Shown here one piece after another: positions 34,287-46,533 of a stretch of 64,000 nt of DNA (position 1 is the first letter of the stretch; each line of letters begins with the position of its first letter). Under the pieces are notes generated by a model, which was given only the letters and a program-made list of their open reading frames with translations, did no database searches and was not told the DNA's origin. This DNA is from Naegleria gruberi (Eukaryota). A program made the position numbers and the translations under genes. The stretch is from assembly GCA_000004985.1 (NCBI GenBank), contig GG738870.1. One strand, 5' to 3'.

Positions 34287-35710
34287 ATGAAACTCTATAT
34301 CTTCTTATTATTGACATTCCTGTCAGCTGTTCTTGTCAATAATCTTCCAATTAAAAGAAGAAACAAAGACTTAGAAAAATCATTCAATATTTTTCAATTT
34401 GGCAATCCAATCCAACCCTCTACCAAACATCCAATCCACAATATCAAAATTAACAAAGTTTCAAACCTTCAAATGTCACCAATAATTCTTGTTGGTGGAT
34501 TGGGTGGCTCCTCACTCATGTCCCAACGAAATCACAGCACCAACGAGCCACACTGGTGGTGTCAAAGAACCACTGATCCATTTCAGATTTGGTTATCCCT
34601 TCAGGAAATGATCCCCTATCTCTCAGAAGATTGTTTTGTGAACGACATGTCAGTGGAATTAAAAAATGGAATTCTTGGACAGAAAGATAGAAATGTTAGG
34701 ATTTTTGGAAAGGATATTGGTGGTATGGAAGGTTTAAATTCGATTATTGCAGAGTTTCCAAGTAAATGGTATTATATGAAGCCACTGGCTGACTATTTAG
34801 TTTCGAATGGAAGTTACGAAATTGGAAAGAGTTTGAGAGGGTTTACTTATGACTGGAGAGTGGGTGTCAGAGAGAGGGCAAATGATAGTTTGTCACTCGG
34901 AGGGGATTACTTCAAACTACAAAAATTGGTGGAAGAAACTTTTAAATTGAATGGAAGAAAAGTTTCCTTATTAGGGCATTCTATGGGAGGACCTTTCTTA
35001 CAATATTTTCTAGCTAATTTTGTGAGTCAAGATTGGAAAGATAGATATATTTACAAGTATATTCCTGTGGCTGGTCCATTTGATGGAACATCATTTTCTT
35101 TGGTAAGTAATTCAATTAACTTTTATTCGAAACATTTCAGATTCTTTATGTGACTGGAACTAATTGGCAATTTCCAGGATTCAAACCAGAAAATGCAAAG
35201 AAATTACTTAGACAATATCCTTCCATTCTATTCATGACTCCAACCCAATTTCCATACAAGTATCCATTCTTTTCTTATAAAGGAAATGTGAGCTATCATG
35301 TTGACCTTTCGGATATTGAGAAATTCTTGACAGATGCACAAGTTTCCAATGGAGTTGCACTCTACCATCACGAATACTCTCAATATAAGCACAATAGATT
35401 AAATGCACCTAACGTGACCACTCATTGCATGTATGGTTATGGAACTCCAACAGCCACACGTGTCAGATATACTGGAAACAAGGAATTGAAAGATTTAAAT
35501 TACATGGACGTGTTACATAACACCACTGTTGTGAATAGTGAAGATGGAGATGGAACTGTTCCAATATATTCTTTGGAATTATGTGATCAATTTGCCAAAA
35601 GTCAAAAAAAACCAGTTCATGTTCATCGATTTGCAAATGAAACTCACTCAGATATTATTAATTCAGAACAGTTCCAAAAAATATTACTGGAAATTCTCTC
35701 ATATGATTAA
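34287..35710 (+). CDS. LCAT-like phospholipase/acyltransferase (PLA2G15/LCAT family); two exons 34287..35102 and 35141..35710
   Basis: Signal peptide MKLYIFLLLTFLSAV. LCAT motifs PIILVGGLGGS, GHSMGG, HCMYGYGTPT, GDGTV and ETHSDI. The two track ORFs are joined by TTG|gtaagtaattcaattaacttttattcgaaacatttcag|ATT, a 38-nt intron. Confidence 0.85.
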
Positions 35711-36401
35711 AAAATCATTCCATTTTAATAATTATTATTCCATTTATAGAAAAATGTGTGAACTTTAAATTTAAACTTTCTTGAAAATGCAAAAGAGGAA
35801 ATTTTGAGTACATACTACACCTAATTTTTCTCAGCCTGTTGTTGTTGCCAATATTTTCACTAAAATCATTATCACTGTCAGATTCGCATGATAATTCGGA
35901 AAACTTTCAATCTAATATTGTTCAACAACATGATCGATTCCATCAGGTACTTCCGAACATTTTCCTATTGGTTATCATGATGATATAGGTATTATTGTTT
36001 GCATTCCAATGATTTTGTAAAACTGTCTTTAAATTTGATATTTGGTTCTCTTGTCGATCGACAATATCTTCTGTATCTTTGTTTTCTTGTTTTTCTTGAG
36101 GGGATTTCCTGTTAGTGTTCCCTTCTCACTGGCTGTTGCTGTTGTTGTTTCATAGCATCCTTAATTTGTTGTTGGACGTCAACAACCAATTCATTACTTG
36201 TTGACATTTTTCAAAGTAATTATCAAATTAATAAATATTCAATATTGAAGTATATAAAATTTCATTCAAAACAAATATTTTGAGGAATTGAATTTAAGAA
36301 TGGATCGGGATCCCTCAATCATGTAATATTTAAATATCAAATTTAATATTTAAATTATTTTGATATTACAATTTCGGAAGTTTACAAATCAAAAAAAAAA
36401 A

Positions 36402-39400
36402 ATGAAAATTCAAAATTTACCTTGTGATTTGTGTGCCGAACACTTGCTATGTTTTTTCAATGAATACCACTTGCTGCAGATGAGATTTATTTCAAAGGCT
36501 TTTGATGAGTGGATCTGGTACTATTTCCTGAATAACAAGACTCGCTACTTGATTCACATCGCATTGGGTAATCATAGGATCGGAGGAGTTGTCGATAATT
36601 TACTGATCAAGATGAAACGATTGAAGGTTATTGATTTGTTTACATTCAATTCTTTGGATTTCTTGTCATTAACAGGTAATTGTTTATTAATTTATTATTA
36701 TTTATTGATGGTCGATTAATATTTGCTGCTTTTTTAGATGTGGGTTTGTGTGAGCTTGGACGATTGTCAGTGGAAGAGTTGAGGTTGAGAGCTGCAACTT
36801 TGTGTTTCTGGAAGTTTCATTGTTGAGTGGATAATGAATGCAAGTCCATTGTTGGAATCTTTGACAGTATTGACACTTACTAATCTTAAAACTGAATATT
36901 TTCACTTGTTGAAAGAGTTTAAGAATTTAAAAACTCTCGAGTTGATACGTCTTGTATCTGAACGAAATCTCCATGAAGAAGAAATGGATCAAACCATGAT
37001 TGGGTTTCCTCAATCTTTGACAGAGTTTCGTTCTAACTATCCACTAACACGCAAGAATATTGAGGACATCACACAACAATGTCCAAATTTAACAGTTTTG
37101 GTTATCAACCCTATTTATTTTGATGATTCTATCATGTCATTAGTACTTTCCAATGTTTCACAAAAGATTGAACAATTTTCTCTCTTTTCTCGAGACACAC
37201 TATCAAATATAACTGGTTCATACTTTTCAGTATTTTCATCCAATTCATTCTCCCATTTGAAAAAGATCAAGGTGGTATGGAAATCAACTTCTGATGAAAC
37301 AATATTGAATCTTCAAAAGAATTTGAGTCTCCTTTCAAGAACATTAGAAAGATTGAAAGTTGTTTTCACTAATGAATATGATTCCTCATATGAATTAGAT
37401 ACATTGTTAGGTTGTCTCTGTAATCTCTCCAACTTGTCTAAATTAACATTAGACTTTCCAAGAAATTTTCAATTTACCATTGTAAAAGAAGATATTTTGG
37501 AACAATTGAAAAGTTGTTTACAACTCAGAATTCTGAAAATTTATGGAGGTACTAACGAAATAGTTTGTTTTAATGTTGTTAAGGCTTTGGCAGGACAACA
37601 TTTGGAAAAACTGTTGTATCATACTGATACTTATTTTGATATTGAGGAGGAACCATTCTTTTTCCATGAATGTGAAGATTTAAAAATTTTGGATCTGCAA
37701 GGTGAACAGCTCCAAGATAAAATTATTCATCAAAATATCCAAGCAATAGTAAATTGCAAACTGGAAGAAGTTTTAGGTGAGGCCATTGAAGCTTCAGTTA
37801 TTCCTCATTTACCTAGGAGTTCTCTAAAGGTTCTTAATGTAAGGGTAACCAACGAGAATGTTGAATATCTAAAATATCTTGGAGAATTCAAGAATTTGAC
37901 AACATTGAAAGTATGCTTTGGTGAGCAGGTTACTAACTTACAAGAGTGCACTTTTCCAAGTAACATTACTAATCTTTCTTTTGTTGGAGAGATTACTGGA
38001 GCAGAAATTGGATTCAAAGACTGGCTGCTCTCTACAAAAATTTTAAAAGAATTAGTGTTTTCAAGATGTAAGATTCAAGATGAATTTATTAAGGATATTA
38101 TTCCCCTATCTGATGAATTGGATATCCTAAAAATAGAGTACAACAACGGCCTTACACAAGAATCAACACAATATTTCAGACAATTCACCAATTGTAGAGT
38201 TTTACTGTTGGAATGCTTTGACTCTAGAGTATTGAGCGCAGATTATTCTCTTTTTGAACAAGAAGTTAACAGGGTTACCGTTATAATGAAAGAAGAATCA
38301 CCAAGCACAAAATGGATTTGCCCAACAATTGATTATAATGATATTGATCAAGGTCTTTCCTATGTAAGAGAAAGAATGCATGTAAGAGAAATGAAAGATG
38401 CATGTTTAGCTATTGAACAACTATCCAGACATGTTTTTTTAGACATTTCGAAAGCCGAAATTTGTAAACTTTTTCTGAGTGCTTTTCAATATGAAACTAA
38501 TGTGGACTTTTATGGAATAATTGATCTTTTGGATGTACTATGGAAAGAAGGAAAAATTGTATTTGAGGAAAATAATATTCACGATCTGGAAAAGTTAATA
38601 CCTCTAATATTATCTCAAACTGAATTTTGTGTTGTTGCTAATATTTTAATGGATTTAGGGAGGTTCACCAGTTTTTTCAATTGTTTTGAGTATATCATAC
38701 AATGTTTGAATGATATTGAGTATAATATTCATAATTGCACACAAAAGATGATCAGTAGAGTTTTACATCAGTTTATTGATGGGAAACAAGATATTTGTAA
38801 TTTTTCTGGACATGTTGTTATTAATACTGTTATTGCAGTAGTGGATTATTTCCCACAAAATGATAGCATTTTGGACTTTATCAACCTAGTCATGTCCAAT
38901 GAATTTTTCAAATCTTCGAAGAAAACCTTAGAACTTATTGCAGAAAAGAAAGCAAAAATAGATGCAGAGTTCACAGAAACAGAAATTGAGCCAATATTGA
39001 AACCTATAGGAGAGGACCTTTTCCAATTTGTGCAGGAGAATATTCCACCACAGAAAAAAGATTATACCATTCATATTGCAGATGTTAAGGTACCAAAAAC
39101 TGGCCCTTTTAATACTAGCTATTATTCTGAACCTTTCATACGGTTTGGACACGAGTGGGTTGTGGAGCTTCTGCCAGGTATGTTACGTTTTATTAATTTT
39201 CTAATTATCTAATCGGAAACAGATGATGAAGATGAATGTTTGGGCAATTCTACAGTATTTTTAACACTAAATTCCACAATTCCAGTAGAGAATAAGCAAC
39301 AGGTATTTGATAGAATAAGACTCGACTTTTTTATTTGTAATTTTGATCTAGAACCTCAATCCTATCTTGTTCACAGTAGAAAATTCATTATGCCTGAAGC

Positions 39401-40133
39401 ATCTTATGGAGTATTTCTTGATAAAACTCATATTGCCGCTTACTCAACAGATGAGGATGATTTTCTCAAGTTTAAATTTGTGGTTGGGATGAAGAAAGTT
39501 GAGGAAGAACCATTCAAACCTTTCAATAATATTGAAATGTTCCATGTTGGAAGTAAGGAATTATCCTCAACTAATTATCCTCCTATTGTTCATAGATGGG
39601 CAGCAGAGTTTCCATTATCCATCCATACTTTGACATTTCGTGTTAGTCCTGATAATATTGATAGGTGTTGTTATTCAGATAAGTTCACAGCATTTGGAGC
39701 CAAGTTTTCAGCTTGTTTCAATCACTTGGGTGTTGCCAAAAGTAAGTAGTTTTATGAAATTAGTTACAAACACGTGTATTTCACTACGCGATAATTAACA
39801 GAGGTTAAGGATTTTAGAGAAAACTCATCAATATATCTATATCTATCTTCCTTTGATTACAATGACAAAGAAAATGAATTGGAATCAATCAAAGTTAAGG
39901 CAATATTTGCAAATTCTGATTTCCACACAGAATCATTCTATGTTTTCAAAAATACATTTCAATCACTTACAAGTTCAGGAAGCACAATACAAAGAGCCTA
40001 CTATCAACCCAAACTAATCCATGTAGATGGAAAGCCTTACTATGAATATGTTGTAAATTGTTGTCTTGCCTTAATGAGTAGAAAAACTTGTCATCCATTT
40101 GGATACAATAAAGAGGAAGAAGAGGATGTTTGA
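36402..40133 (+). CDS. F-box / leucine-rich-repeat protein, multi-exon (F-box exon, large LRR exon, two C-terminal exons)
   Basis: Exon 1 from ATG 36402 (a-run upstream) encodes an F-box-like segment and ends at CAG|gtaattg (36675). The large ORF 36834..39212 is LRR-like. It ends at CCAG|gtatgt (donor 39178) and joins in phase to the 39240 ORF after aaacag| (45-nt intron), then A|gtaagt at 39742 joins to 39817..40133 (75-nt intron). The exon1-exon2 join near 36676-36790 is unresolved. Confidence 0.55.
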
Positions 40134-40141
40134 ATGAATAG

Positions 40142-40550
40142 ATTAAATAAAGAATTCCATTAGAAATGTTAGGATTTTTGGAAAGGATATTGGTGTGGTA
40201 TGGAAGGTTTAAATTCGATTATTGCAGAGTTTCCTATTAAATGGTGACTATTTAGTTTCGAATGGAAGTTACGAAATTAGAAAGAGTTTGAGAGGGGAAG
40301 AAACTTTTAAATCACATATTTGCCAAAAGTCAAAGAAAACCAGTTCATGTTCATCGATGTGCAAATGAAACTCATTCAGATATTATTAATTCAGAACAGT
40401 TCCAAAAAATGTTACTGGAAATTCTCTCATATGATTAAAAAAACTTTCCAATTTAATAATTATTATTCCATTTATAGAAAAATGTGTGAAATATAAATTT
40501 AAACTTTCTTGAAAATACAAAAGAGGAAATTTTGAGTAGTATTGAAAGGT
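40142..40550 (+). pseudogene. Mosaic, internally deleted copy of the upstream LCAT-like gene (pieces of 34686-34941 fused to its 3' end/3'UTR 35590-35815)
   Basis: Near-identical strings such as gaaatgttaggatttttggaaaggatattggtg, ggaaggtttaaattcgattattgcagagtttcc, and ccagttcatgttcatcgat..gcaaatgaaactca...tccatttatagaaaaatgtgtgaa, with several internal deletions. Begins 9 nt after the stop of the F-box/LRR gene. Confidence 0.6.
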
Positions 40551-41227
40551 GTAGTATGCACTTGTTCGAAACTTTCAACAAGTTCAAACTTGCACTCAAC
40601 ATTCTCAAACATTTTCATCCATTTTCCAGTGTCGTATTGAGTAATAGGAAGACCGCTGCATTTAGTTGGTCCACCATTTGATGAAAATGTGGAAATGAGA
40701 AAGTAACCGCCCTTCTTTAACAATTTGCACATAATTTTTAAGTACTGAACTTGATCTTCCATAGAATTCAAAAAGTGAAAAGTGGCTCGGTCATGCCAAA
40801 TGTCAATTATTTGCTCTTCTTTCAAAACCGAGTCCAATTTCAAAATATTACTTTCAATGAATGAAACTCTTTCCAATCCATTCAAAGCTTTCATTAATTC
40901 TCGACTTCTTTCAAGAGCTGCCTTTGAAATGTCAATCAAGAAATATTCGCCAAATGTCACTTTTTCTCTCTTGATTATTTCATAGCTCAGATGGGAATTT
41001 CCGCAACCAACATCGATAAATGTCTTGTTGGCATCAGAAACATCGAGAGCGGAACCAAACTTTTCTATTAATTCCAATGAAGTTTCCGGAATTTCCTGAA
41101 ACCAACTTGTTTGTGAATCTGCTTTGGTTTCGTAAACATTTTCCCAGTGCGATTTCAAATCAGTGCTTGCTTCTTGAAGAGCTGAGCTTGCCACAAGTGT
41201 TGGTGTTGTTGAGGATTCTTGTTGCAT
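40499..41227 (-). CDS. Class I SAM-dependent methyltransferase
   Basis: Motif I IDVGCGNSHL, acidic motif II and LKKGGYFLIS. The track start is a GTG start; ATG taken at ~41227 (aaaaaaaaATG context). The last ~10 codons are encoded by sequence shared with the LCAT 3'UTR copy. Confidence 0.8.
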   Translation of the reverse strand: MQQESSTTPTLVASSALQEASTDLKSHWENVYETKADSQTSWFQEIPETSLELIEKFGSALDVSDANKTFIDVGCGNSHLSYEIIKREKVTFGEYFLIDISKAALERSRELMKALNGLERVSFIESNILKLDSVLKEEQIIDIWHDRATFHFLNSMEDQVQYLKIMCKLLKKGGYFLISTFSSNGGPTKCSGLPITQYDTGKWMKMFENVECKFELVESFEQVHTTPFNTTQNFLFCIFKKV

Positions 41228-41611
41228 TTTTTTTCTTACTGTCGGCTGAACACCAGTATTATTGCGCCATTTCACAAAACATACTATTATGGTGTGAAGG
41301 TTGGGCCGATTATCCTCATGACTTGTAAGGTGTGGAGCATTAACGTGAGAATCAGGATATCAAAATTGATGAAAATTGCAGAGATATCTATAGATATTTA
41401 CAAAATTATACTATGCCTTGATTCTGATAAATTGTTATTTATTTACAATAAAGAAATGTTGTTAATATATTATAAGGTACATTAACAGAGATTGGATTAC
41501 ATGACTAGGTGGTGTGTGTTATGGGGTTGGAGATTAGGTGGTTATATTACATTGATTCACTCGCTGGGACTATATAGAGTTTCATTCTCAAGAGAAAGTT
41601 GACCAAATACT

Positions 41612-41905
41612 TTACAACATTGAAAATGAAGCAGTAGGGCCAACTACATCCTTCGTACAAGCTGCATACGGACTATCACATGAAGAAAGTGCAGGTAAAA
41701 GAAAGACTGAAATGAAAGTTTTCAATGTAGCGACACTCAATCTCTTCTTCTTTTCAACCTTCTTCTTCTTATTGTATGTAGTTGATGATGAGGAGGAACA
41801 AGTCAATACATCATCTTCATCGGCATCATCACTAACTCTTTCATACTTGTTTGATTGTTCTTCCAATTGAATGCTTGAGGTTTTTGTTTGTTGTTGCGGA
41901 GCCAT
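41612..41905 (-). CDS. Small hypothetical protein with C-terminal hydrophobic segment (tail-anchor-like)
   Basis: 97-aa ORF with ATG at 41905. Acidic and K-rich middle, then FISVFLLPALSS. Confidence 0.3.
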   Translation of the reverse strand: MAPQQQTKTSSIQLEEQSNKYERVSDDADEDDVLTCSSSSSTTYNKKKKVEKKKRLSVATLKTFISVFLLPALSSCDSPYAACTKDVVGPTASFSML

Positions 41906-42698
41906 CTTATTATATTATATCAATTAATTGTTTTGTATTTTGTTTTAATTTGTTATTGTTGTGTGGCCAATAAACTGAATGTTGTTTAAATTACATCACA
42001 CAACAAGCATTTGTAACTTACTTGCCATTGAAAAGTCTCACCCGTGAAATTATTGTGATGAGAGATGCAATGTTGATGAGAGATAAAAATTATCTAAAAG
42101 GCTAAAAATTGCTTATTGGATGAAAGAGTAACATGTTCACCTCAAAAGAACCTTGCATTGGATAGGTTAGGTTGTCATCTATGATTGTTTTTTTTGGCGC
42201 CAAATTTTTAGATGAACTCTTTCGAGGAGAAGTTCCTTATTCATTTTAATTTGAGTATTCATTGCAAACTAGAGTAAAATCATGTGTGATATGAAAATAA
42301 ACGCAAAGTTCACATATCAATAATACATGTTTAATTTTTGTGTTTCCACTATGTACTGGATTCGATTTTGAAGTTGATTCACTGAAGAAAATATTGAGGC
42401 AAGAGCTCACATTGCTGGTTGACAATGCCATGTGTTTATACCATGTTTGATAATGGCAATAAATGCATTTTGTTAAGGGAGTTGTAAATTAAACTGATGA
42501 CTATTCTTTTGAATATTGTGGAAAATGATAAAAATGTAATTCTTAATATGGAATTTATTTTAATTGCTTATTTTGGTATGTACAGATAAATCCATGGCAA
42601 AATTACCGCAATATTCTTGGTGTGGAAGAGTTTGATTTCTTCAGTCTTGCTTGCTTGATCTTATTTTGTCGAATTTTCTTCAATCTGTAAATATCTTC

Positions 42699-43319
42699 CT
42701 ACTCAGTTTGTTCTAATTCTTCATTAATATACGAAATGGTATTGGAAAGCTTTGGTTGAATGATCTTTTCCAAGGCATTAACACGACGATTGGTTGACTT
42801 GATGGCTTGATCCAATGAAATGAAACTTGTTTGCAAATTTGCTAAACGAATCATTTTGTGAAGAGTTTCAGAAAATGTCAATTTGCAATTTTGAATTTCT
42901 TCACCTCCTCTTGAGAGGAATGAAAGTTGCTTTCTTGAAGGTGATTTCTTAAATTGCAATTTCTCTTCTTGATTATCAACTTGAGTAAATACAGCAAATT
43001 TGACACCTGACACATTTTCCATATGACTTGTTACTCTTACAGCTGCAGATTTAACACTTTCAGTAACTGCAAATGATAAATCTCCAGCACTATATCTTGC
43101 CTCAGTCAATGAAAAGAATGATTTACGAAACAAGCTTGTCATTCCTTCCTTTTCTTCCTTGATTTCGTTCACAATCGAATAAAACTTATTTCTCAAAGCA
43201 TCTGATTTCTTTCTAAGCATCGATTGACCACGTTTAGCACTATTCAAACGATTCTCCATTAATTGTAAGGTCATTCTATTCGGAACAACAGCCAATCTAT
43301 TATTAATAGTTGCAGACAT
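42699..43319 (-). CDS. vatD: V-type proton ATPase subunit D
   Basis: PNRMTLQLMENRLNSAKRGQSMLRKKSDAL, FSLTEARYSAGD and NRRVNALEKIIQPK align along the whole of V-ATPase subunit D, though divergent. ATG at 43319 after an a-run; the track start at 43343 is an upstream in-frame ATG. Confidence 0.85.
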   Translation of the reverse strand: MSATINNRLAVVPNRMTLQLMENRLNSAKRGQSMLRKKSDALRNKFYSIVNEIKEEKEGMTSLFRKSFFSLTEARYSAGDLSFAVTESVKSAAVRVTSHMENVSGVKFAVFTQVDNQEEKLQFKKSPSRKQLSFLSRGGEEIQNCKLTFSETLHKMIRLANLQTSFISLDQAIKSTNRRVNALEKIIQPKLSNTISYINEELEQTE

Positions 43320-43550
43320 TTTTTTATGTTTTGAAAATTTCATCTCCTGAAAATGTTTGTGAATTTAAAGTTTTTGCGATTTTGCTTTATTTTTAGTTTT
43401 TGAAATTTTCATGTTGTTTCAATTTGGTTGCTGTAACACGGAAAGTCGTTGGAAAAGGATAGTATGGAGTTTAGTTTTGGATATTTGCATTAGAATGGAA
43501 TTTCAATGAACATTTTTTGAACTTTATTGTAAATTTTCTTGTTAAAAAAA

Positions 43551-44686
43551 ATGTCATCAAACTGTATACACTCCCTCTCACTCGATGAAATTTTCAACGT
43601 GATGGAATTTCTCCCACTGAAAGATATTGGAAATGCTTTATGTGTTTGTCGAGAGTGGAATTCCCTAGATCAATATGAACCGTTTTGGAAGGCAAAGCTC
43701 AACCATTTTCTCTCCTCTAATATTATTCATTATTTCAGAAAATGCCAAGAGTTGTGTGGTTCTGACTTGAAAGTTTCGAATAACTTGAATGCTCAACAAA
43801 TTATTTCCATTCTAAACTCGGACGATTCCAAGAAGAAATCAATGGTCATTATTGCACTCAAATCCATGAAATGTGTTAACAAGACAATAATGGAACGTAT
43901 TGATTATCAAATTAACAAATCTATTTTAACAATGTTGGTCAACTCGTTTGATATGAATGTTTTGAAAGATAAAGTTGCGAATAGAATTTCACTCAGAATG
44001 ATTAAACAACAAGAATCTCAAAAAGAAGAACAAGTGATTGATCAGGAAAATGATTTCTTTGCATATGTCAGTGATGAGGAACAAGAGAAGAAGAATGATG
44101 AGGAATTAATTGGAGGACGATTCAAATACCTATTGGAAAGGCAAATCTTGTCAATTATTTCAACAACTATTTCCACATTCCTTTCCAAAAAGGTTAATAG
44201 AATAGGATTGTTTCCATTATTTATCAGAATTTTAACAAATAAGGAGTATAGATTCAAAGAAACTGAAATAAGTGATGATATTGACCTAGTGGAATATAAT
44301 GTCTTGCTTCAACTTGTGAAATTTCACAAAAAGTCAGAAATTCTCCTCAGGTATTGGACAGAATTGATTGACATGTCTATTAACAGATTGACATTAGAGG
44401 TAAGAGAGGAGGATTTTGGAGAAATATTGGAAACATTAATTGAGAAATATGACAACATATACTCTCTCACCATCCTTGGAGATATTTTCGATGAATTGGA
44501 ATATTTTGAACGTTTCTTACCACATTTAAAGAAATCAATTCAGAAGAATGGAATTGAGAGTGAATTTCTCATTTCCTACCTCGGTCGTTTGTCAAGATTG
44601 GAAATTCCAATTTCAAAAAAGTGGGAACGGGCTCAAATTTATTTGGAATACATTTTAGATTTTGCTCCCCCAGCCATCACAAACTT
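43551..44686 (+). CDS. F-box-like protein, 3' end lost in the assembly gap
   Basis: ATG at 43551 (aaaaaaaATG); the track start is TTG. LSLDEIFNVMEFLPLKDIGNALCVCREWNS is F-box-like. The ORF runs open into the N-run at 44687. Confidence 0.55.
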
Positions 44687-45052
44687 NNNNNNNNNNNNNN
44701 NNNNNNNNNNNNNNNNNNNNNNNNNNNNNNNNNNNNNNNNNNNNNNNNNNNNNNNNNNNNNNNNNNNNNNNNNNNNNNNNNNNNNNNNNNNNNNNNNNNN
44801 NNNNNNNNNNNNNNNNNNNNNNNNNNNNNNNNNNNNNNNNNNNNNNNNNNNNNNNNNNNNNNNNNNNNNNNNNNNNNNNNNNNNNNNNNNNNNNNNNNNN
44901 NNNNNNNNNNNNNNNNNNNNNNNNNNNNNNNNNNNNNNNNNNNNNNNNNNNNNNNNNNNNNNNNNNNNNNNNNNNNNNNNNNNNNNNNNNNNNNNNNNNN
45001 NNNNNNNNNNNNNNNNNNNNNNNNNNNNNNNNNNNNNNNNNNNNNNNNNNNN
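44687..45052. other. Assembly gap (run of N, 366 nt)
   Basis: Contiguous n characters; ORFs reported across it are artefacts. Confidence 0.99.
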
Positions 45053-45249
45053 GATCCAAAATTTTATATTTGTCTTTACAATGCTTGCCAATTAAGATTC
45101 AACCACAATGTTTAATATTTAGCATCATTGCCAAATCTACAGTGCATCTTCCTGAAACTTTACAATTTCTTCAAGAATCTGGCAAGTGCAACCACCAAAT
45201 GGAAAATTCTAAAAATAAAACAAAACATTTCAAAAAAAAAAGCCACAAA

Positions 45250-45777
45250 ATGAAAATTGGTATTTTCGGCGGATGTAACACCACTCGTCTGACTCCAGTT
45301 CTAGAGGAAGAATTGAAGGTTCTCGCCTCACTGATCAATACGGAACAACACCTCGTTGTATACGGAGGTGGAAAGAAGGGAGTGATGAGTATTGTTCCAA
45401 AGTATTTTCATGAGAGAGGAGGAAGGGTGATTTCGATCAATACAAAGGAGGCTAATAATGGATTGGATGAGTGTTATGGTGAGAATTTTCTGTATGATAC
45501 ACTGCAGGAGAGACAGAGGAGATTGATTGAGAATAGTGAGTTGGTGATTTGTTTGCCAGGAGGAATTGGAACGATTAGTGAATTGTTTGATGTGATGGCA
45601 ATGAATAATAACAAGATTAGGAGTGTCAAGATTTTATTGTATAATTTTGAAGGATTTTTCAATCACATGATTGAACAAATTAAATTATTGGGAAAGAATA
45701 CGGATGAATATTTGATAGTGACAAATGAAGTGAATGACTTGATGGAACGTTTGAAGGAATTAATTAAAATTGAATAG
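45250..45777 (+). CDS. LOG-family protein (cytokinin riboside 5'-monophosphate phosphoribohydrolase / TIGR00730-type)
   Basis: VVYGGGKKGVMS and ICLPGGIGTISELFD signature motifs. ATG at 45250 after an a-run. 175 aa. Confidence 0.8.
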   Translation: MKIGIFGGCNTTRLTPVLEEELKVLASLINTEQHLVVYGGGKKGVMSIVPKYFHERGGRVISINTKEANNGLDECYGENFLYDTLQERQRRLIENSELVICLPGGIGTISELFDVMAMNNNKIRSVKILLYNFEGFFNHMIEQIKLLGKNTDEYLIVTNEVNDLMERLKELIKIE

Positions 45778-45925
45778 ATAAATTATTAAATTATTAAATT
45801 ATTATATTTGTGAATTATTTAGTTCACTCTAAACTGATTATTTCAATTTCAACAAATTTCAATAATTATTTTGAAAAAGGAAATTTCAGTTATTAATTAC
45901 ATGGTTGAAATACTAGTGACAGGCT

Positions 45926-46533
45926 TCAATCCTTCACATGTCCAATGGCATGTTTATTTTGTGAAATGGCAATATGAACAGTCTTGTTGATAAATCTGTC
46001 AGCAAGTCTTCTCAAGACAAGTCCATTTATAGAGACAGCAACCTTTACCATATCTTCACTGATACGGTTGGCATGTTCGATGAGGAATGGATTCTTCTTG
46101 ATAATAGGGGTCATAAGTTCAATGTCAGATCTGTGGAATATTGAAGCATAACGAATGGAATTCCCACATTGATTAGTGGCAACGGTAACGAGTTCCTTAT
46201 CATAGGTATATTCTGTTGGAAGATATTCCAACAATCTACATATCTCTTGACAGACTTTCTAATAAATTCATCATCGTTTCTCAAATATTCGTCCCAAAAT
46301 TCGAATGATTTACCATTACTTGTCTTGAGTGATATCTTGACAATTTCCAAATCCTTCTTCAATTCTGATGAAGCAAACCTGACAGCCAATCCACAATTCT
46401 TGACACCATCCAAAACAATTTGCTTGCTGTTTTGCAAATCAGCAGAGGCAAACTTTAAGGCACGATCATTTACTGAAACTGCCTTTTGAACAATTTCATA
46501 ATCACTTCTGAATGGAATCGCCAAATATCCCAA
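45926..46533 (-). pseudogene. DUF4116-repeat gene with an internal frameshift (probable pseudogene or sequencing error); degenerate remains continue to ~47090
   Basis: Two overlapping minus-strand ORFs (46111..46533 and 45926..46234), both with DUF4116-type repeats (IVQKAVSVNDRALKFASADLQ, DKELVTVATNQCGNSIRYAS). The frame switch between KSVKR and LLEYLPTEY is too short for an intron. ORF 46875..47090 also carries a DUF4116-like repeat but is separated by stops in all frames. Confidence 0.5.

Noticed and set aside
39240-40133. Two ORFs downstream of the LRR ORF, first considered as separate small genes (possible MATH-like)
   Set aside because: Both begin on TTG and are connected in phase to the upstream LRR exon by 45-nt and 75-nt introns. 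They are better explained as C-terminal exons of the F-box/LRR gene. No MATH signature could be confirmed
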